Positions 60,384 through 64,000 of a DNA stretch of 64,000 bases are shown in pieces. The stretch comes from Candidatus Poribacteria bacterium (GTDB lineage Bacteria > Poribacteria > WGA-4E > WGA-3G). Both the position numbers and the translations under genes were made by a program. The stretch lies in NCBI GenBank assembly GCA_963663765.2, contig CAXXUA010000005.1, forward strand, positions 1,344,001-1,408,000, written 5' to 3'. The first letter of the stretch is position 1. Every line of letters starts with the position of its first letter. The notes under the pieces are model-generated. The model was given only the letters and a program-made list of their open reading frames with translations, was not told where the DNA came from and did no database searches.

Positions 60384-61967
60384 TGGTAGGAGCGACCTCC
60401 TGGTCGCGACCGTCTACATTGGTAGGAGGGACCTCCTGGTCGCGACCGTCTACAATGGTAGGAGGGACCTCCTGGTCGCGACCGTCTACATTGGTAGGAG
60501 GGACCTCCTGGTCGCGACCGTCTACAATGTAGAGTGGGATGTTTTTGCAATAACTTTACACACCCGGGATAGTTTATACGTTTCAATGATTTTCTGTTTT
60601 CCGTTATTTGATTTCCCCTACATCTTGTTGGTAGGAGCGACCTCCTGGTCGCGACCGTCTACATTGGTAGGAGGGACCTCCTGGTCACGACCGTCTACAA
60701 TGGTAGGAGCGACCTCCTGGTCGGGACCGTCTACATTGGTAGGAGCGACCTCCTGGTCACGACCGTCTACAATGGAGAGAGGTATGTTTTTGCGATAACT
60801 TTACACCCCCGGGATAGTTTATACCTTTGAATGATTTTCTGTTTTCCGTTATTTGATTTCCCCTACATCTTATTGGTAGGAGCGACCTCCTGGTCATGAC
60901 CGTCTACATTGGTAGGAGCGACCTCCTGGTCGCGACCGTCTACATTGGTAGGAGGGACCTCCTGGTCGCGCCCGTCTACATTGGTAGGAGGGACCTCCTG
61001 GTCGCGACCGTCTACATTGGTAGGAGGGACCTCCTGGTCGCGACCGTCTACAATGTAGAGTGGTATGTTTTTGCAATAACTTTACACACCCGGGATAGTT
61101 TATACGTTTGAATGATTTTCTGTTTTCCGTTGTTTTATTTCCCTTACATCTTGTTGGTAGGAGCGACCTCCTGGTCGCGACCATCTACATTGGTAGGAGC
61201 GACCTCCTGGTCGCGACCGTCTACAATGTAGAGTGGTATGTTTTTGCAATAACTTTACACACCCGGGATAGTTTATACGTTTGAATGATTTTCTGTTTTC
61301 CGTTATTTGATTTCCCCTACATCTTGTTGGTAGGATCGACCTCCTGGTCGCGACCGTCTACATTGGTAGGATCGACCTCCTGGTCGCGACCGTCTACATT
61401 TGGTAGGAGCGACCTCCTGGTTGCGACCGTCTACATTTGGTAGGAGCGACCTCCTGGTCGCGACCGTCTACAATGTAGAGTGGTATGTTTTTGCAATAAC
61501 TTTACACACCCGGGATAGTTTATACGTTTGAATGATTTTCTGTTTTCCGTTATTTGATTTCCCCTACATCTTGTTGGTAGGATCGACCTCCTGGTCGCGA
61601 CCGTCTACATTGGTAGGATCGACCTCCTGGTCGCGACCGTCTACATTTGGTAGGAGCGACCTCCTGGTTGCGACCGTCTACATTTGGTAGGAGCGACCTC
61701 CTGGTCGCGACCGTCTACAATGTAGAGTGGTATGTTTTTGCAATAACTTTACACACCCGGGATAGTTTATACCTTTGAATGATTTTCTGTTTTCCGTTGT
61801 TTTATTTCCCCTACATCTTGTTGGTAGGAGCGACCTCCTGGTCGCGACCGTCTACATTGGTAGGAGCGACCTCCTTGTCGCGACCGTCTACATTGGTAGG
61901 AGCGACCTCCTGGTCGCGACCGTCTACAATGTAGAGTGGTATGTTTGTGCAATAACTTTACACACCC
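60384..61967 (+). repeat. Higher-order REP array: 26 copies of a 36-37 nt unit in seven blocks
   Basis: TGGTAGGAGCGACCTCCTGGTCGCGACCGTCTACA(T/A) in blocks of 4,4,5,2,4,4,3 separated by a conserved ~100-nt linker. Confidence 0.92.
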
Positions 61968-62073
61968 ATAAATTACCAAAAGATGAATTTCGTGCCAAAT
62001 TATGAATTAGAACAATTAAATTCACATTAAAAAATGGACGATGCATAAGTTCTATCAATTATAGGTATCTGTT

Positions 62074-63021
62074 TCATAGACGCGTCATAACAGCATGCAC
62101 TAAAAGCGGTATCATCAACTCATGATGTCCAGTAAATGTATAACCTTTTCCACCCATTTCAGTAGGACGTTTCACGACATTCTCCAGAGGACGATATTGT
62201 TGTATCATATCAAAATCTGCTGTAGTGAAATGTGATACCGTGTGTCCTAAATTCCGTGCAATTGTTATCGCTTTCAAAAACACTTCAGGTAATATCACTG
62301 CCGAACCGAAGTTGAGTACAACACCACCACCTTCCAATTGTGTTACAAGTTGTGTCAACAAGCGAAAATCGGTATAACTTGCTTCCCCAATTGATGCACC
62401 ACTTGCCGATGGATGTTGATGTATAATATCCGTACCGACAGCAACATGCACAGTAATCGGAGTTTTGCGTCGAATCCCTGTTGCAAGTAAACTGTATGCG
62501 TTGTGTGGCGCATCCATATCAATCAACATTTTCCCCAATGCCTCTCCCATTCCGATGCCGTTATCCGCTGCGTTTTGGATTGCTTTATTCATCAATTTAC
62601 CTGTCTCCTCCCACATCCCAAACTTACCTTCCTGCAGATATGCCGACACATCTTCAGAAGTTTCTCCGATGAGGGCAATCTCAAAGTCGTGAATGCTGCT
62701 TGCACCGTTAAAGGCAAAACCGGTGATGACACCCTGTTCCGCGAGTGCAATAAGTAGAGGCGTTAAACCGCATTTAATAACATGGCCTCCCATCATAACA
62801 ATTACAGCCTTTTTGTTGTGATAGGCAGTGACGATCTTGTCAACGATTTCTAAAAAGTCCTTCCCCTTCAAGATATTCGGTAGGCATTGCAAAAACGGAG
62901 AAATATCTGTTTGAATATCTGGCAGTGTGGCAAAATCGTTAACAGAAACCTTGTTTATTCTATCTTTCAGTGGGTAAGTCTTCACGGAATACATGTCAAT
63001 CGGTTTTAAATCCTTTTTCAT
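62074..63021 (-). CDS. Conserved protein with deoxyhypusine-synthase-like fold
   Basis: MGGHVIKCGL, NGASSIHDFE, ETSEDV, TVHVAVGTDIIH, GSAVILPEVFLKA, GHHELMIP. Confidence 0.7.
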   Translation of the reverse strand: MKKDLKPIDMYSVKTYPLKDRINKVSVNDFATLPDIQTDISPFLQCLPNILKGKDFLEIVDKIVTAYHNKKAVIVMMGGHVIKCGLTPLLIALAEQGVITGFAFNGASSIHDFEIALIGETSEDVSAYLQEGKFGMWEETGKLMNKAIQNAADNGIGMGEALGKMLIDMDAPHNAYSLLATGIRRKTPITVHVAVGTDIIHQHPSASGASIGEASYTDFRLLTQLVTQLEGGGVVLNFGSAVILPEVFLKAITIARNLGHTVSHFTTADFDMIQQYRPLENVVKRPTEMGGKGYTFTGHHELMIPLLVHAVMTRL

Positions 63022-63161
63022 GTTTATTTCCTTACGCATTCGGACAGCATCCCAGATGAAGTTTGAATTGTTTATCATTACTTTTGTATAGTTACTTCCC
63101 ATCAGAATTCACCAAAAGTATTTCCAGCCATGCACTTTTTTGAATTTATTTTAAAATATTG

Positions 63162-63190
63162 TTGCAAAAAAAAAAAAAGCGTAGTATACT
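63162..63190 (+). promoter_or_regulatory. Sigma70-type promoter
   Basis: TTGCAA-17 nt-TATACT, about 280 nt upstream of the next start codon. Confidence 0.55.
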
Positions 63191-63471
63191 ATACTATTAA
63201 GGTGTTAGACATGCATGTTTTGGATGTCCGATACCGGGCACGCAACCCCAATGGGGCGCGCCGAAAGTGCCGTTACACGATCAGCGCGTAGCACTGCCAT
63301 TGTATAGGAATGACAGGCTGGTTTTTATTATAACACATATACACATCGTTTGCTATATCAATATGAAAACCAGCGCGCCTAAAAGGACACAGATAACTCT
63401 CCTTTGGGAACTGTCAATATTATAACTACAGTGATCTGAAAAGGTCAGATCAAAAAAACAAAGGAGATCAA

Positions 63472-64000
63472 ATGTTTAAGTTCAAAACGCCCATCATCGC
63501 GCTCGCGATAACTTTTCTCACGTTAGCAGGTTTTGTCAATAGCAGTGATGCTATTGAGATCACGGATTTGTCCCCCACAGACGGAAATTATGAAGTCACT
63601 CAGGCGTATAATCAATACGTAATGCATACCGAGACAGTGGAAACAGATCAACCATATTCCCGTGTTGAGTGGTATGTGGACGATGTTTTAAGAGAAACCA
63701 CTTCTGGTGATGGTGTCAAGACAGAAGCTACTTACCATCCATATTTCCTAATTGGGAGTTTTGTGGGGACGGATTATGTCATAAAAGCGGTTGCTTATCC
63801 GTGGGAAGGAGAAGGGAGTGACACCGATTCCTTTACACTCACGGTCAAAACAGAACATTTTGAAATTTTGAAAATGGCACCAAACTTATGGTTCACTACT
63901 GAAGTTTATGATTACGGTTATGGTGGCAATCACATGGTCAGACTCGAAACAAGTCGTCCATATTATTACATTGCATGGTACGTTGACGATGAATTTTATT
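63472..64000 (+). CDS. Secreted protein with Ig-like repeats, truncated by the window end
   Basis: AAGGAG RBS, MFKFKTPIIALAITFLTLAG signal peptide, repeated ET..PY....WYVDD motif. Confidence 0.75.
   Translation, partial: MFKFKTPIIALAITFLTLAGFVNSSDAIEITDLSPTDGNYEVTQAYNQYVMHTETVETDQPYSRVEWYVDDVLRETTSGDGVKTEATYHPYFLIGSFVGTDYVIKAVAYPWEGEGSDTDSFTLTVKTEHFEILKMAPNLWFTTEVYDYGYGGNHMVRLETSRPYYYIAWYVDDEFY

Noticed and set aside
60384-61967. CRISPR array
   Set aside because: Monomers abut and the longer linkers are near-identical to each other, so they are not unique spacers
60301-62005. ORFs with GRRDLLVATVYI or CRRSRPGGPSYQ repeats
   Set aside because: By-products of the REP array, with frameshifts between blocks
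63230-63300. c-di-GMP-I (GEMM) riboswitch
   Set aside because: Only superficial similarity; the GNRA-capped P2 and GCAAAGC/CUAA P3 signatures are missing

Overview
Moderately AT-rich bacterial chromosome segment, most consistent with Candidatus Poribacteria. This is an inference from six secreted proteins sharing a C-terminal V[ED]xx[GE]K[LV]xxxW[GA]x[LMI]K motif, a dockerin-fused binding protein, a PhyH dioxygenase and tandem Uma2 paralogues. Genes include nrdJ, a T-box-controlled ilvBNC operon, purD, lptFG, rfbB, ggt, a polyprenyl synthase, a LacD-type aldolase, several oxidoreductases, two VWA proteins and three tandem paralogue clusters. No rRNA, tRNA, transposase, reverse transcriptase or CRISPR array was found. 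The intergenic DNA holds many non-coding mobile elements: about nine REP/REPIN families and at least seven MITE families (several with clear target duplications), nested up to five levels deep and locally expanded into tandem arrays. The most unusual signal is a 35-36 nt hairpin-plus-tail unit, GG(G/T)GAATGCC-N4/5-GGCATTCATACCGTTGATTT(G/C), found at 12 loci. It always lies between a C and a G inside another hairpin repeat, has empty-site counterparts in the window for several targets, carries a variable octamer tail, forms an 11-unit array, and has two sibling micro-elements. All coordinates and alignments were read by eye.
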